A stretch of 64,000 nt of DNA from Octopus vulgaris (GCA_951406725.2 OX597832.1:33604001-33668000), one strand, 5' to 3'. Positions 1-14,000 are shown, counted from the first letter of the stretch. Made by a program: numbers and translations. Notes: a model not told the origin generated them from the letters alone.

Positions 1-67
1 TAATATTAATTGTGTACCGGTTGTACTTTTATCGCGACGAAATTATTACTAGCAAAACTATTACTCT

Positions 68-124
68 GTGTTTGTGTGTGTGCGCGCGCGCCTGTGTGTG
101 TGTGTGCGTGTGCATGTGTGTGCA

Positions 125-196
<72 letters not shown>

Positions 197-217
197 TGTG
201 TGTGTGCGTGTGTGTGT
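68..217. repeat. (GT)n microsatellite, probably the expanded internal tract of the adjacent SINE
   Basis: Direct GT run. Full family A copies (3451-3878, 13471-13890) carry a TA/GT tract at this position. Confidence 0.95.
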
Positions 218-420
218 TTGTCCCCGATCACCGCTTAACAACTAGTGTTCGTATGTTTCTATTGGCCAAGTTAGCGGTTTGGCAAAAAAAGACCGATAGA
301 AAAATAGCAGTCTTCAACGAAACAAAGTATTGGGGTCGACATGTCCGACCAAAACTCTTCAAGGTTGTACCCCAGAATCGCCATTGTCTGATAATTGAAA
401 GAAGTAAAAAAATAAAAGAT
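218..420 (+). mobile_element. SINE family A, 3' half
   Basis: Matches the reverse complement of 3451-3660 (ttagcggtttggcaaaa...gaccgatagaa...tggggtcga...). Ends in an A-rich tail. Confidence 0.8.
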
Positions 421-934
421 TTTCAATCCTGAAAAGCTACAAATCAAAGGATCAACACCTACGTCGCCATTTGGCTGGCTTGTTATCGTAATAAATCACC
501 ATTATAATATATGCTCTCTTTTAAAACTGTTCATATTGGATGATGTTGTCCTAAATAAAGTCGCTAATGAATAATAAAAAAAAACCCATTAATTCCACAG
601 CAAGGACACAAATGAGATGTTTTCGATCATAAGTCTATTCGAGCAGGAACTAGCTTGGAACAAAAATAACAACTAAGGAATCTAATCACTATCATTTGTA
701 TTGATTAGTTGTCATTAATTTCTCTTCTTTTAATTGATTTAATTCAGGGGGCGTCATTAAAGCTGACTTGCTTGATCACTGCCAAGTTTACACGCCGAAG
801 ACGAAAATGAACAGATCTCATACTGATGCTAAAAACCGTCATAATTGGCCCAAGAACAGTTATTCAACGGAACTTCACAATTCATCACTTCATACAATCT
901 ATGTCAATATTATATCTGATGAATTTAAAAGTCA

Positions 935-1125
935 GTAAGCGGGGTGAATCGTTGGAGCATCGGACAAAATGCATTACGCTATTTTCTCCGGCTCTTTCCG
1001 TTCAGATTTAAAATGCCACACAAGCTACCTTTGTTTTTTAGCCATCCAGAGTCGATAAGATAAAGTAGCTATCACGCACGCAAGTCGAAAGAATTGACTA
1101 AAAATTCTCTTTTGATATTTTTAGC
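935..1125 (+). mobile_element. SINE family C, degenerate
   Basis: Similar to 36555-36692 and 61963-62062 (gaatcgtt...cggacaaaatgc...gtcgataa). Confidence 0.55.
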
Positions 1126-1269
1126 TTGCAGAAAATTACAAAAGTGACTCAACACTTTCGTAGAACTAATCAATAAAAACTTAATAAATGAATCTCAAGG
1201 AATTCGTAACATTTCAGGAACTTTCAGTTGATTGAATGTAATGAAAAAATTATATATGACAATATGTGT

Positions 1270-1395
1270 GTATACGACGAGTTTCCACTCAATCTCCGTC
1301 AGCCAATCATATGCAGAAGGCAGTTGTTGAGTCGAAACTAAAGCGGGAAACACTTGGCTAAGGGGCTACACTGCCAGACTGAAATCGAGAGAAAT
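1270..1395 (-). mobile_element. SINE family A, degenerate 5' half
   Basis: tatacgacga...cacttggctaagg...gactgaa resembles 3716-3830. Confidence 0.5.
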
Positions 1396-2218
1396 TAAGA
1401 AGGCAACCATTAATATTCCGATATCTTTGTCATAATTCGTGATGTTTTGCGATTTAGGTCTACGTGAAATTTCTAAAGTCAGAAGCTTACATTGAAAGAT
1501 ATGGCTCAAAGAACAATCCTTCGGCTACATTTGATTAACAGAACTTCTGTCGAGCTGTAGTTATTGAATATGTTATCGTTCGATGCAACGATTCCCTAAA
1601 TATCAACAGTCCATGCAAGGATTACAAATAACTACAATTTATTTCTCTCTCTCTTTCTCTTTCTTTCTCTCTCTCTCTCTCTGTCTCTCTTTCTCTCTCT
1701 CTCTTTGATTATTTCTCTGCATTCTGCTCTCAATGAATTTGACACCAGTCATACTCGATCTAACGTTTTTACTCTTTTACTTCACTCAGTCATTGGATGG
1801 TGGCCGACCGCATTAAAGAGTTTAGTGAACAAAATGAGTCCAACACTATTGTTTTAACCCTTGCACTTATTACATCGGATTCTCCTGCAGAACATATATC
1901 TATGCTTACTCTCATCAAATACACATGACTGACTTCCACACAGTTCCTGTGAACAGAATCCATTCGCCCGGCATTAATCCCAAATCCATTCGCCAGACAG
2001 GTCACTCCTAAGAGCATTTTTATTTAGTTGCACGATATCCTTTTCCTTTCTTAATGACCACCACTGCAGATAGGTTTCATGGTCACAGATTAAGTTGGAA
2101 TTGTTCTTGCTGCGACCCTCAGTGGTAGGAAGAGTAGAATGCAAATACGACCGGACGCTGCTTTTCAGGGTCTGAGCAGCGTAAAAGTCCTAATATGCGT
2201 GTGTGTGTGTGTGTGTGT

Positions 2219-2415
2219 TAGTCCATTGCTTATTCACAACCGGTCTACGTTTGTTTACGGTTCTGTAACCGATCCGTTCCTCAATATGAAACCGATAGAA
2301 TGCGTAAACGATTTGAAATAAGCATTTAAGTCGATTTATTCGACTAACAAGCAAAACAATGGGATTTCCCAGCAGAGCCGAAGTCTAATGGCGGAAACAA
2401 ATTAGAGGAATACAA
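2219..2415 (+). mobile_element. SINE family A, degenerate 3' half
   Basis: Follows a GT tract; tgtttacg...accgatagaa...gtcgatttattcgactaa matches family A. Confidence 0.6.
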
Positions 2416-2656
2416 CAAGATTTATTATCTCTTTCTGTTTCTCTCTCTCTCTCTTTCTCTCTTTCCCAATCTGTGACACACACACACACCACATGTACAC
2501 ACTCATACATACACACACAAACACTCATACATACCCCGCTACTGGAACGCGCATTCTAAAGTACATCTGACCTGTTGCACGTGACCAGCCAGTTAAGCAA
2601 GAATCCAAATGAACCACGTGAACTTGAAGCTGGCAGATCTAACGGTGAGCTGCTGT

Positions 2657-2689
2657 TGGCTGGCTGGCTGATTGGCTGGCTGGCTGGCT

Positions 2690-2775
<86 letters not shown>

Positions 2776-2795
2776 TGGCTGGCTGGCTGGCTGGC
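2657..2795. repeat. (GGCT)n tetranucleotide microsatellite
   Basis: Direct; interrupted by GGCTT variants. Confidence 0.95.
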
Positions 2796-3341
2796 AGCCG
2801 TGGTGATCTAAATATACGCTCAACACGTCATTATCAGTATTTTTAAATTCGTCCATCTTCGAGGCTCGGAACAGCGACAGAAGAAGTGGGCGATGGAGTG
2901 GATGTATTGCCAGGAGTAATAGTGGGAGGTTTAGTTAGAAAGGAATGTTGGTTTATGAGAGAGAGAAAGAGAGAGGGAGAACTGAAAGGGGAATTAGAGA
3001 GAGAGTGGAGAGACCGAAGTTGTCAATACTATGAGCGGGAAACGGAGAGGAAAAGCGAAAAGTGCAAAAAATGGGAGAGAATGGAGGGAGAGAGTATGCA
3101 TTTTAGAATCATAAAGAGCAGAGTCTGCTGTGATCATTCTAAAATACAACACATAAAAGAAAACTAACGGTATATCTTTTTTCTTCCCTTCTGTCTGGAG
3201 TTAGATACACACACATACACACACAAACGCACGCCTTGTTTTGGGTACAGAAAGAATTTCGTCTCCAGTTTTTATTGCCTTGTTCTGGGTACAAAGTGAC
3301 CAGCCTTTCAACAATGTCAAATAACAACACCAAATATATAT

Positions 3342-3373
<32 letters not shown>

Positions 3374-3450
3374 GTGGGTGTGTACGTAGATATATGTATA
3401 TATATACATAGATTTATGTATATATATACACACACACACATATACATATA

Positions 3451-3876
3451 CTCTTTTCTTTTATTTCTTTTTACTTGTTTCAGTCATTTGACTGCGGCCA
3501 TGCTGGAGCACCACCTTTAGTCGCGCAAATCGACCCCGGGACTTATTCTTCGTAAGCCCAGTACTTATTCTATCGGTCTATTTTGCCGAACCGCTAAGTT
3601 ACGGGGACGTAAACACACCAGCATCGGTCATCAAGCAATGCTAAGGGGACAAACACAGACACACAAACACACACACACACACACACACACATACATATAC
3701 AGATATATATACATATATACGACAGGCTTCTTTCAGTTTCCCTCTACCAAATCCACTCACAAGGCATTGGTCGGCCCGGGGCTATAGCAGAAGACATTTG
3801 CCCAAGATGCCACGCAGTGGGACTGAACCTTGAACCATGTGGTTGGTTAGCAAGCTACTTAGCACACAGCCACTCC

Positions 3877-3878
<2 letters not shown>
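3451..3878 (-). mobile_element. Full-length tRNA-derived CORE-like SINE (family A), best copy
   Basis: Minus strand shows an A box (TGGCTGTGTG), a B box (GGTTCAGTCCC), the MIR/CORE-like motif CTTGGGCAAATGT, an internal TA/TG tract, a 3' hairpin CAGTC-aaat-GACTG and an A-rich tail. More than 10 related copies in the window. Confidence 0.9.
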
Positions 3879-3910
<32 letters not shown>

Positions 3911-4351
3911 GAGAGAGAGACTAAGAGACGTGTGTGTGTTTGGTACACGTCTATCTTTTTTTCTCTCTCTCTGTGAATGGAATTTGTAGAACGTAAGAGA
4001 TAAGTCAGTCGTATATATGTGTGTGTATGTATGAATGTGTGTACGCATGTCTGTGAGTGTATGTTTCTATGTGTGTGTATAAGTATACAACCCCCATCTT
4101 TCATCACCGTTGCTTCTTTTTCTTGACTTTTCTCTTGAAGTTGCTAGTATTTTCATGCTTTTGTATTTCTTTCACTTTTCTTTTATCTCCCAAAGGAATT
4201 CGTTAAAAAGCTGTTTTCATTTACTTTTCTCGTTTCTATTGAATTTATTTACGGTTCACCCTCGTATTTTTTACCTTGTCTCACTTGAAATTTTCAGTTA
4301 ACATCTTAACCAAAATAAATATATTGCTCATCAATGTAGTTTCATCTTGAC

Positions 4352-4417
4352 ATGGGGCCCCTCAACCATGCAGGCCTCCTGCGACTACAGGGGTTGCAAG
4401 GGCTTAGCTACGGCCCA
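4352..4417 (-). mobile_element. Possible terminus of a non-autonomous hAT-type element
   Basis: GC-rich island. Minus strand begins CTGGGCCGTAGCT and has a subterminal GGGCCC motif. No partner TIR found. Confidence 0.3.
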
Positions 4418-4794
4418 GAGGATGGTGGGCCTCTTAGATGTGACAGACGTTGAGCCACTGGTGATGCTTTCCTACGTAAAGACAACGCTATGCCATTCAA
4501 ACTAACATTCTGATCAACGCCATACAGAAAATGCTTATATGTATATTTGCTTCTACACACACAAACACACACACGCACACACACATACACACAAACACAC
4601 ACATACACATATACACGCACACAATTACACACATATATATATATATGTACATACATACGTATACACTATACAGCTTCTATGCTGGAGTGAAGGCAGCATG
4701 TTCTTTCCCTGTCTCCTTAACTTCTTGGAGATTTTAGGCATAATTATACTAATGTGCCAATCTATTTTAACTTAATTAAATTCTATGTCTTTGC

Positions 4795-4878
4795 GCAGCT
4801 GAAGATTGCTCTGCATTCAAATTGATGAAATGATTGTATTGTTAAATTAAATGGAATTGCATGAAACGAGGGTACTGC
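4795..4878 (+). ncRNA. Degenerate type I hammerhead ribozyme
   Basis: gcag-CTGAAGA-[57 nt]-GAAA-cgaggg-TA-ctgc. Stem I GCAG/CTGC. First stem II pair is mismatched, followed by TGC/GCA. Confidence 0.55.
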
Positions 4879-5072
4879 ATTACCTCTGGATATCCTTGTT
4901 GCTTATTTTGATTTTAATCATCTTATTTTGAAATTGTATGGATAAAACCTTACTAAACTGTGGTGCCTCAACTTAAGTGTCATATTCATCTGAATCTAAA
5001 CTTTTGCTATACGCATACACATATAAATACGCGAATATATATATATGTATATACAATTACATACATACACAC

Positions 5073-5206
<134 letters not shown>

Positions 5207-5223
5207 CATATGTGTGTGTCTGT

Positions 5224-5333
5224 GGAGGCGCAATAGCCCAGTGGTTAGGGCTGCGGACTCGCGGTCGCAGGATCACGGTTTCGATTTCCAGACCGGGTGT
5301 TGTGAGTGTTTATTGAGCGAAAACACCTAAAAG
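5224..5333 (+). mobile_element. SINE family B, tRNA-like head only
   Basis: A box TAGCCCAGTGG, B box GGTTTCGATT. Closely matches the head of the 19700-20243 copy. Not a foldable tRNA. Confidence 0.85.
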
Positions 5334-5443
5334 TTGAAGAGTCACGGACAAATATTTTTATGATTTCCAATCACTACACACACACATATATATACATATA
5401 TATATCTATATGTATGTATATGCATATCTATATCAATATATAC

Positions 5444-5474
<31 letters not shown>

Positions 5475-6017
5475 CATATGTTTACTTGTACTTTTATATG
5501 CACATATATTTACATACAGCTACATATATATATTGGAATGTGTGTGTGTGTGTGTGAGTGTATGCGCGTATGAATGAGATTCAAATACCGTTTTGTTTCT
5601 CTATTATTATTTTGTTGTTTTTTTATTTTTTAATTATCCAAATCCTTGTCTACATTAAAATTCAGAGGAAGTATTATTGTTTATTGAACGCTACCAATGA
5701 CATTGGCAATCACTCAGCTGAAACAATCACACATACAGCAACAAAAACAAAACACGACAATGGAAATATTAAAATTTCTCAAAATCGATCAACCATTTCA
5801 ACTAATCAATATACAGGAATTTAAGAGTTTATTTTGATTGATCATCTGTTAACTTCATAGTGATTTATTTAGAAGAAAAAATATTCTGCACCAGTATATA
5901 CTGGAATTCATTTTTTTTATTAAAATTATAAATTCTGATTGGTTGCCATTTATTATTAGTAGTTGTCATGGTAGTAGTATTATTAGTAGTTTAGTTCCAT
6001 TGATCTATCTGAAAATG

Positions 6018-6096
<79 letters not shown>

Positions 6097-6119
6097 CGAA
6101 ATGCAAAGCGGATTAATTT

Positions 6120-6200
<81 letters not shown>

Positions 6201-6353
6201 AGAGAGAAAGAGATAGATAGATAGATAGGTATAGATATAGATATATATATCTTTATAAACACACGCACACACATAAAAAGAGAGGGGATTTGGAGCGCAT
6301 GCATATATATTTTATATATATTGATATACATGTTTTGTGTGTATGTATTTACG

Positions 6354-6398
<45 letters not shown>

Positions 6399-6423
6399 GT
6401 ACTTATATACATATATGTGTTTA

Positions 6424-6462
<39 letters not shown>

Positions 6463-6660
6463 ATATATATATATGTATGTATATATATATATGTGTGTGT
6501 GTGTGTATGGTAAGTGAAAAACGGAAGTTGGAATATACGAGAATTTTTATTAATCACAATTTTTGCGACATTTATCATCGATCATGTGTCTATCTATCTA
6601 TCCATATATATATAGAGAGATAGATAGATAGATAGATTGATTGATAGATAGATAGAGATG

Positions 6661-6707
<47 letters not shown>

Positions 6708-6808
6708 ATGTATATAGGTGTATATATACACACACACATATATTTTTATACATATATATATACATTTATACATCATACATATATATACATAGATACATGC
6801 ATATATAT

Positions 6809-6864
<56 letters not shown>

Positions 6865-7073
6865 TTCACATATATACATATATATATTTATACACTCACA
6901 TATATACACCTATTTCACCTATATGTATACGTATGTATATATAATTTTATTGCTGACAGTAAATTCTCAACGCCTCACTGAACATATACTGGTGCGATCG
7001 AATAAAATGCACTTTGTGGTATAGAATGTGTATATATTTGTGTTTCGGGAATAGATTTTCTGTTTAACACACG

Positions 7074-7111
<38 letters not shown>

Positions 7112-7334
7112 CTCGCTATCCACATCTCTCTCTCCCTCAAAGACAGACACCTAAATATGTTTTCAAACTGACACACACATGTGTGTCGTATGTTTAAGCA
7201 CTCTGGTAAATCTGTGTATATATGTATATCGATATCTATATATCTGTTTATCTGTCCATTTGTCTATGTTTATATTTGCATCACACACTCACACACACAT
7301 ACACATATATGCACACACACACATATGATTCTTA

Positions 7335-7835
7335 AATTCTGTAACTAGTCTCAGCTGCAGAGCTGTGGCCATGCCATGCTGGGGCACCACCGTTGGCTTT
7401 ACTACATCTTCCCAACTTGAAACCTCTTCTGACTTTGGTATTTGGTAAATGAGGGAAAATACTGCTGCTGCTGCCTTCATTTGAATTTCATGCCATGTGT
7501 TGGGCTCATCCGGAATCCCTGTCAGATAATATTCAGTTTTGTTTTGCAGACACTTACATCCACATCATGCAGGTCTTTCAGGCTTGTTTTTTGGGGGAGG
7601 GGTGAATATTGTAAAGCTGTGGGCCACTGAATCCCAAGCTGTTGCTGCATCTGGACCTGTATCAGATGGCTACATTGGTATCTTTGGCACTAAGCTCTGG
7701 CGCCCCGTTCTGTTTGAGTAAAGGTCGATGCCAAAGTTTGGTATAATTTCTTCCATGATCTTCCAGATATATTTCCCTGCATATCTTACCAACATTCGTT
7801 CCAAGGAGCAGAGTCTCACTCTTTCAGCCTGCCCC
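7335..7835 (-). mobile_element. 3' end of a CR1/L2-group LINE (ORF2 C-terminus and 3' UTR), decayed
   Basis: Minus translation across frameshifts: LCSLERMLVRYAGKYIWKIMEEIIPNFGI...SNSLGFSGPQLYNI...LKDLHDVDV...GIPDEP, typical of CR1/L2-group ORF2 ends. Followed by a tail shared with SINE family A. Confidence 0.8.
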
Positions 7836-7934
7836 AGTAGCTGACACGTTGCATTGGGATAATCTTCTTTGTGTAGCTTCCCGGGACTACTTCGAGTTCT
7901 GCCTTTCATTTCATATCGTGTGGTTAGGTTCAAG

Positions 7935-7998
7935 TCCAAGCTGTCGGTTGATCGTATTAACAAGCACACTTGTCGTAACTGATAGAGAACCAACTACA
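7935..7998 (+). mobile_element. SINE family B 3' fragment
   Basis: gctgtcggttgatcgtattaac...tgtcgtaactgatagag matches the 3' ends of the 24305-24520 and 19700-20243 copies. Confidence 0.5.
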
Positions 7999-8679
7999 CA
8001 CATACACACAGGCACACACACATACACTCAGATACATACATACACACACATACATACATTAAATTAAATAATGAACAAGCAAATCGTCTGACGTCATTTT
8101 AAAACATGTAATCCATAATATAATCATAGTGCAGAGTAGTTATTATAAATACGGAAGGTGCCTTACATCTGTTTCTGTAATAGCTAAACATGTGATTCAT
8201 ATGTCATCGGGTAAAGAATTCCAAGTATGCTAAGTATTCGGTCATCGGAGAGAGAGAAATAAGGAAATACAGAAATATGAAATATCCTCAGCTGAGGAGA
8301 TTACTAGTAACCAATTCTTCGAGATACCAAGGAATGCGTTGTGTGAAGAATAGATGTTTGTTATATCCATGATCGAAGAGTTAATAATATTCTAGGTAAA
8401 AGATAATGTCAGTTAACAGTTCCATAGGTGAATTTTAAGGAGAATCACTGACAAAGGAAGTTATTAGTTACTGCAAGCATCACAGAAAGACATTCGCATA
8501 CACACACACACACACACATCTCTGCCATAATACACTTGTATGTATGCATGTATGTATGTATATATATATACATATATATATATGCATACATATATATGTA
8601 TATATGCATACATATATATATATATGCATACATATATATGTATATGTATGCATACACCAATGTGTATCTATGTATATAT

Positions 8680-8691
8680 ATAGATAGATTT

Positions 8692-8757
<66 letters not shown>
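8680..8757. repeat. (TAGA)n microsatellite
   Basis: Direct; similar runs at 42270-42390 and 59975-60115. Confidence 0.95.
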
Positions 8758-9609
8758 GCTTTATAGTTTAACGCCACTTCAGTAAGAGGATCACGATTGA
8801 AAATGTCAACATATCCGCTAACAAGCATGTAATTTACTTGAGTATTCTTGATGATGGAGTCATCCGTCCAACCAATTTCTCTGCAAAATTGTGGAAGTTC
8901 TTTATCTAATTGGATGGCTGCTGCCCCCTACTGGAACAGGAGCAAACAGCTTTGAATAACTAAAGTTGTAATAAATCAAAGTAAGATGCACAGTGTGACA
9001 ACCCGACCTGCTAAAAATTAGCAACTAAATTACGCCACCCAAACATGATATATTCACAGAAAGAAAAGCTAATATATATTGGTGAGCGTGGTTTTTGATA
9101 CACTGTCTTATTGAAATGCAGGGTTATCGATTCTGTTTTTTTTTTTTTCTTTTGGTCTGAGGGACACCGTTGATGACAAGGTTTAGTAAGGCATCCGAAA
9201 CTTGTTGGAGGGAAAGAAAATGAATTCATGAAACCGCAGAACTGGCTTCATTGCGTATAACAGAAAGCAGTCCTCTGAAGGTTCTGAAGATGCCTGCTGA
9301 TGGTTTTATATTGAGCAACAAATTTAGTTTATTGCGCAGATACGCTATGATGGGATACAACAAATAAACGGCACCAATGCGTCGAGGTTCCGCAAATCAA
9401 TCAACCTGGACCGAGAGTAGGAACAAAAAACAAAGAATATTCTATACGTTGCTCAGAGGTGTTTCGCCAGAACTAAATCAGGTTTTATGTGTAGGCACTG
9501 AAACATAAACACACGTGGACCCCAAAACATACAAAAATACATGCACTCATTTATAGATACATAAATGCACATAAATATACATATGTATATATATCTGTAT
9601 CATTGTACC

Positions 9610-9715
9610 ATTGTACCGTGTCTTGATCAAGAACACAACACACCGCTCGCTCCGGGAATCGAACTCACTACCTCATGATTATGAGATCGACGCTCTAACC
9701 ACTGAGCGATTCACC

Positions 9716-9720
<5 letters not shown>
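9610..9720 (-). mobile_element. tRNA-derived SINE head (family B-related)
   Basis: Minus strand: tcgctcagtggttagagcg...gagttcgattcccgg...ttcttgatcaagacac. Confidence 0.75.
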
Positions 9721-9781
<61 letters not shown>

Positions 9782-9867
9782 TATAGAGAGAGAGAGATAG
9801 AGAGAGAGAAAGAAAGAGAGAAAATGATGAAAAAGTAGATAAAACCGCTTGCGCTAAATATATAAAG

Positions 9868-10350
9868 TATGCATAGATGTATACATGTAAATAGAAAGAC
9901 AAAGACCGAAGATGTTCAAACGACGAACATTCAGGTATAAATGTACAGATCTATATATCAACCAAGCAGATTTGCATCGAGTACAACGAGGCAGCTGAAA
10001 GAAGACGCTATGCTATTCCAGGTCCAAATTACGTAATAATGTCAGCAGATGCAGTTCTGGAAAAAGATACCAGTCTCTCCATCTTGAAGACGGAAGCCAG
10101 CTTTTCCTAATTTTTATATGCATTGGTCACTAGTTGCATATTCTAGACATTTGCATCTGAAAATATTACTGCGTAATTCCGTCTCCCTAGAAACAGCTGT
10201 CGGACTTGAAATACCGTTCCTTTTCTGCTTAGTTTTCTGTGTCTTTGTACTCAATGAAAGTCTGCCCTGTTAATATGTAAATATCTGAAAATGTAAACAT
10301 CAACGTTCGTCGTTTGAATATCTCTATTTACATGCATATCATCTCCATGT
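9868..10350. mobile_element. Diverged inverted duplication of a hammerhead-bearing PLE-type terminus
   Basis: 9910-9952 is the reverse complement of 10281-10323, and similarity extends in both directions. Contains tTGAAGA...GAAACAGCTGTC (10084-10201). Related to 48620-48872. Confidence 0.7.
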
Positions 10351-10556
10351 ATATTTCATTTATCTAGACCAAGCAGTTTGTTCGTATCAACATCTCCATA
10401 ACTGTAGCCGGGGATTCCTATTGTAGCCACTCTCTCTCCAGTCAACTCAGTCCTCGGTAAAGATATCAGAATGAAAGTTTCAATCCTTGGTGTGTTACAG
10501 TTTTCTCTATTAAGCATCTTTACATCTCACATGCTAACTATATATTATTCACTCCT

Positions 10557-10632
<76 letters not shown>

Positions 10633-10760
10633 CATCTCACTTTCTCTCTCTCAATATTTATATATTTATTATATATGTGTGTGTGATTGTACGTCTAATT
10701 TACTTTTGTATCTTTATGTTTTATTGGTCTGTATATCCATATATATATTCGTGAGTGTGT

Positions 10761-10793
<33 letters not shown>

Positions 10794-11226
10794 CATACGT
10801 ATGTATATATGCATGTGTATATGCATGCGTGTGTATTCATGTATGTATTTATGTATGTATATACATTGTATGTATGTATGTAGGTAGGTAATCAAATTGG
10901 CGTTTTTCAGACCTACCAATCTCGGAATGCTTTGCAGACATTTTAGAAGTGACTCATCGACATTAAACACATCGTATATTTAGTGCTCATACTATTAACA
11001 CGCATGCATGCAAACACACACGTTCACACACACTTGCAAATGTGCACACAGAGGCACTCAAATTGTCCAGGCAAACAACATGTAAGAAAGACAGAAAGAA
11101 TATGGAGTGGGGTGGGGTGGAGGCAATGCTAGACTGATCTGTATTTTAAAATGGTTGTAGCAAAATAAGTGGAGGGGTTCTATATATACATATCTATATA
11201 TGTGTGTGTGTATGTATGCATATATA

Positions 11227-11705
<479 letters not shown>

Positions 11706-11884
11706 CTTTATTTCATAAAAATTTGCCATAAGGGCATTACAAAGAGTAGCTGCGGGCTGGACATATACATTGATGAGGTGAATGATGAAATAAGAATGAT
11801 ATTGATGAGAGAAGGCAAAAACCCCCGCCGATTTTCTTCTTCTCTAAAACATTGTTCTTTTTTTTTTAAAGAGAATAAACAAAG

Positions 11885-12205
11885 CGAGGTATTGAACCTC
11901 TCACAACAGTTTTTACAGTTTTTGGACTTAATTGTCCATTACAAATATTAACATGCAAAAAATATTCAATATGCAATCAACACTAGTCCATTGACAAATG
12001 AGGTGCTGGATCTCTTACACGTTATAACACTGAGGCTTTTCAACCTCAATTTTTCGCCTCAACGAGGTATTGAACATCTTACTACAGTTCTTACAATTAT
12101 TGAACTTAATAGTCAATAGCATGCAATAATATGCAATGAAATATTCAATATACAATCAACACTATTTTACAAATTTTACAACACTCATTTACAAATGAGG
12201 CATGC
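11885..12205. repeat. Diverged tandem duplication, period about 178 bp
   Basis: cgaggtattgaac...atattcaata...caatcaacacta occurs at 11885 and 12063. Confidence 0.75.
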
Positions 12206-12271
12206 ATAGGCAACACACACACACCGACCCACACACATGCGCATAAACAAATAAAAACGAACGCAGTGTAA

Positions 12272-12400
12272 ATAAAGACTATTGAAAAGGTTGCAAGACG
12301 CAACGAATATTTTAGGAAAATAAAAATAAGAAATAAGTGGAAATTTTACCGGTGAGAGTGTTATATTATAAGGCACTAAAAGAGAATGACTCACATAAAG
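12272..12400 (+). mobile_element. Short dispersed repeat (family D); copies also at 14852-14985 (+) and 44168-44295 (-)
   Basis: Shared gaaaaggttgcaaga-gcaacgaa...ttttaccggtgag...ataaggca...agagaatgactc. Confidence 0.85.
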
Positions 12401-13405
12401 AATCTTGCAAACCAAATCCCAAAACATGTATATACACATATATATATTTATATATACATACATGTATACATATATATATGTGTGTATGTATATATATATA
12501 TATATATATACACACACATACAGAAAGATAGATAGATAGATTTATATATGTATGTACATAGGCATGTATTTTATATATCATATATGTATATATATATATA
12601 TATATATATGCTCATGAATATATGCTCATGAAACACGCATAAACTGAGAAATTCATACTCAGACACAGGGAGACACAAATAACTACTCGTATATGCACAC
12701 AAAAGTACGTATATACATCGATATATGTACGTATAAACGTGCACATACGTGCTTACGTATATATCAACATGTGGGGTGTATGCGTGCATGTATATATAAG
12801 AATATATGTATAAACATATATATCTGTGTGTGTGTGTGTGTGTCCATATTTATAAAGAGATAGATAAAAGAGAGAGAGAGATAAAACTCTTATCGATTCT
12901 TCCACCGTTTTCATATTCATATCTATTTATTTCTCTTTTCATCTTAACTATTTATCATCCAGTATCTTCTTATATCTGTCACCTCTGGCATATCTACATC
13001 TGAAAGATATGCGTCCATATTTTCATTGCTCTTTATTTCTCTATTCGTCATAATAAAGCATTCCAACTTCCCAATTGCAAGCATGATTTGACAGACATCA
13101 TCCAAGATTAATTATATCGATCAACAAACAGCTTATGACGTAATGGAGTGTTCACAAAAACACTGAACGTCGCATCCTCCTTCAAAGAGGAATGTCAACA
13201 TGAAAATCTTTGTTGCTCACGTAACGCTCATGCATTTCTGTGTTTATATACATACATAATTACATATATTTGCATACACATATACATGCGCCCGCACACA
13301 CACACACATAGATATATATACATACGCATATACATGCATGAATATGATTGCATGTGTATTTGGGTATATATATATATATAAATAAATAAATAAATAAGTA
13401 AATAA

Positions 13406-13890
<485 letters not shown>

Positions 13891-13891
13891 G

Positions 13892-14000
<109 letters not shown>

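Noticed and set aside
1790-2017. 75-aa ORF, possible RTE RT remnant
   Set aside because: Only a faint resemblance (VISARVK...F); not supportable.
5224-5300. tRNA gene
   Set aside because: It has A and B boxes but no complete cloverleaf, and it continues into SINE body sequence shared with 19700-20243.
8170-8298. Palindrome TCCTCAGCTGAGGA and a possible hammerhead
   Set aside because: No intact GAAA or credible stems on either strand.
9160-9300. Possible REL retroelement C-terminus (IHETAELASLRI)
   Set aside because: Too short and degenerate to call.
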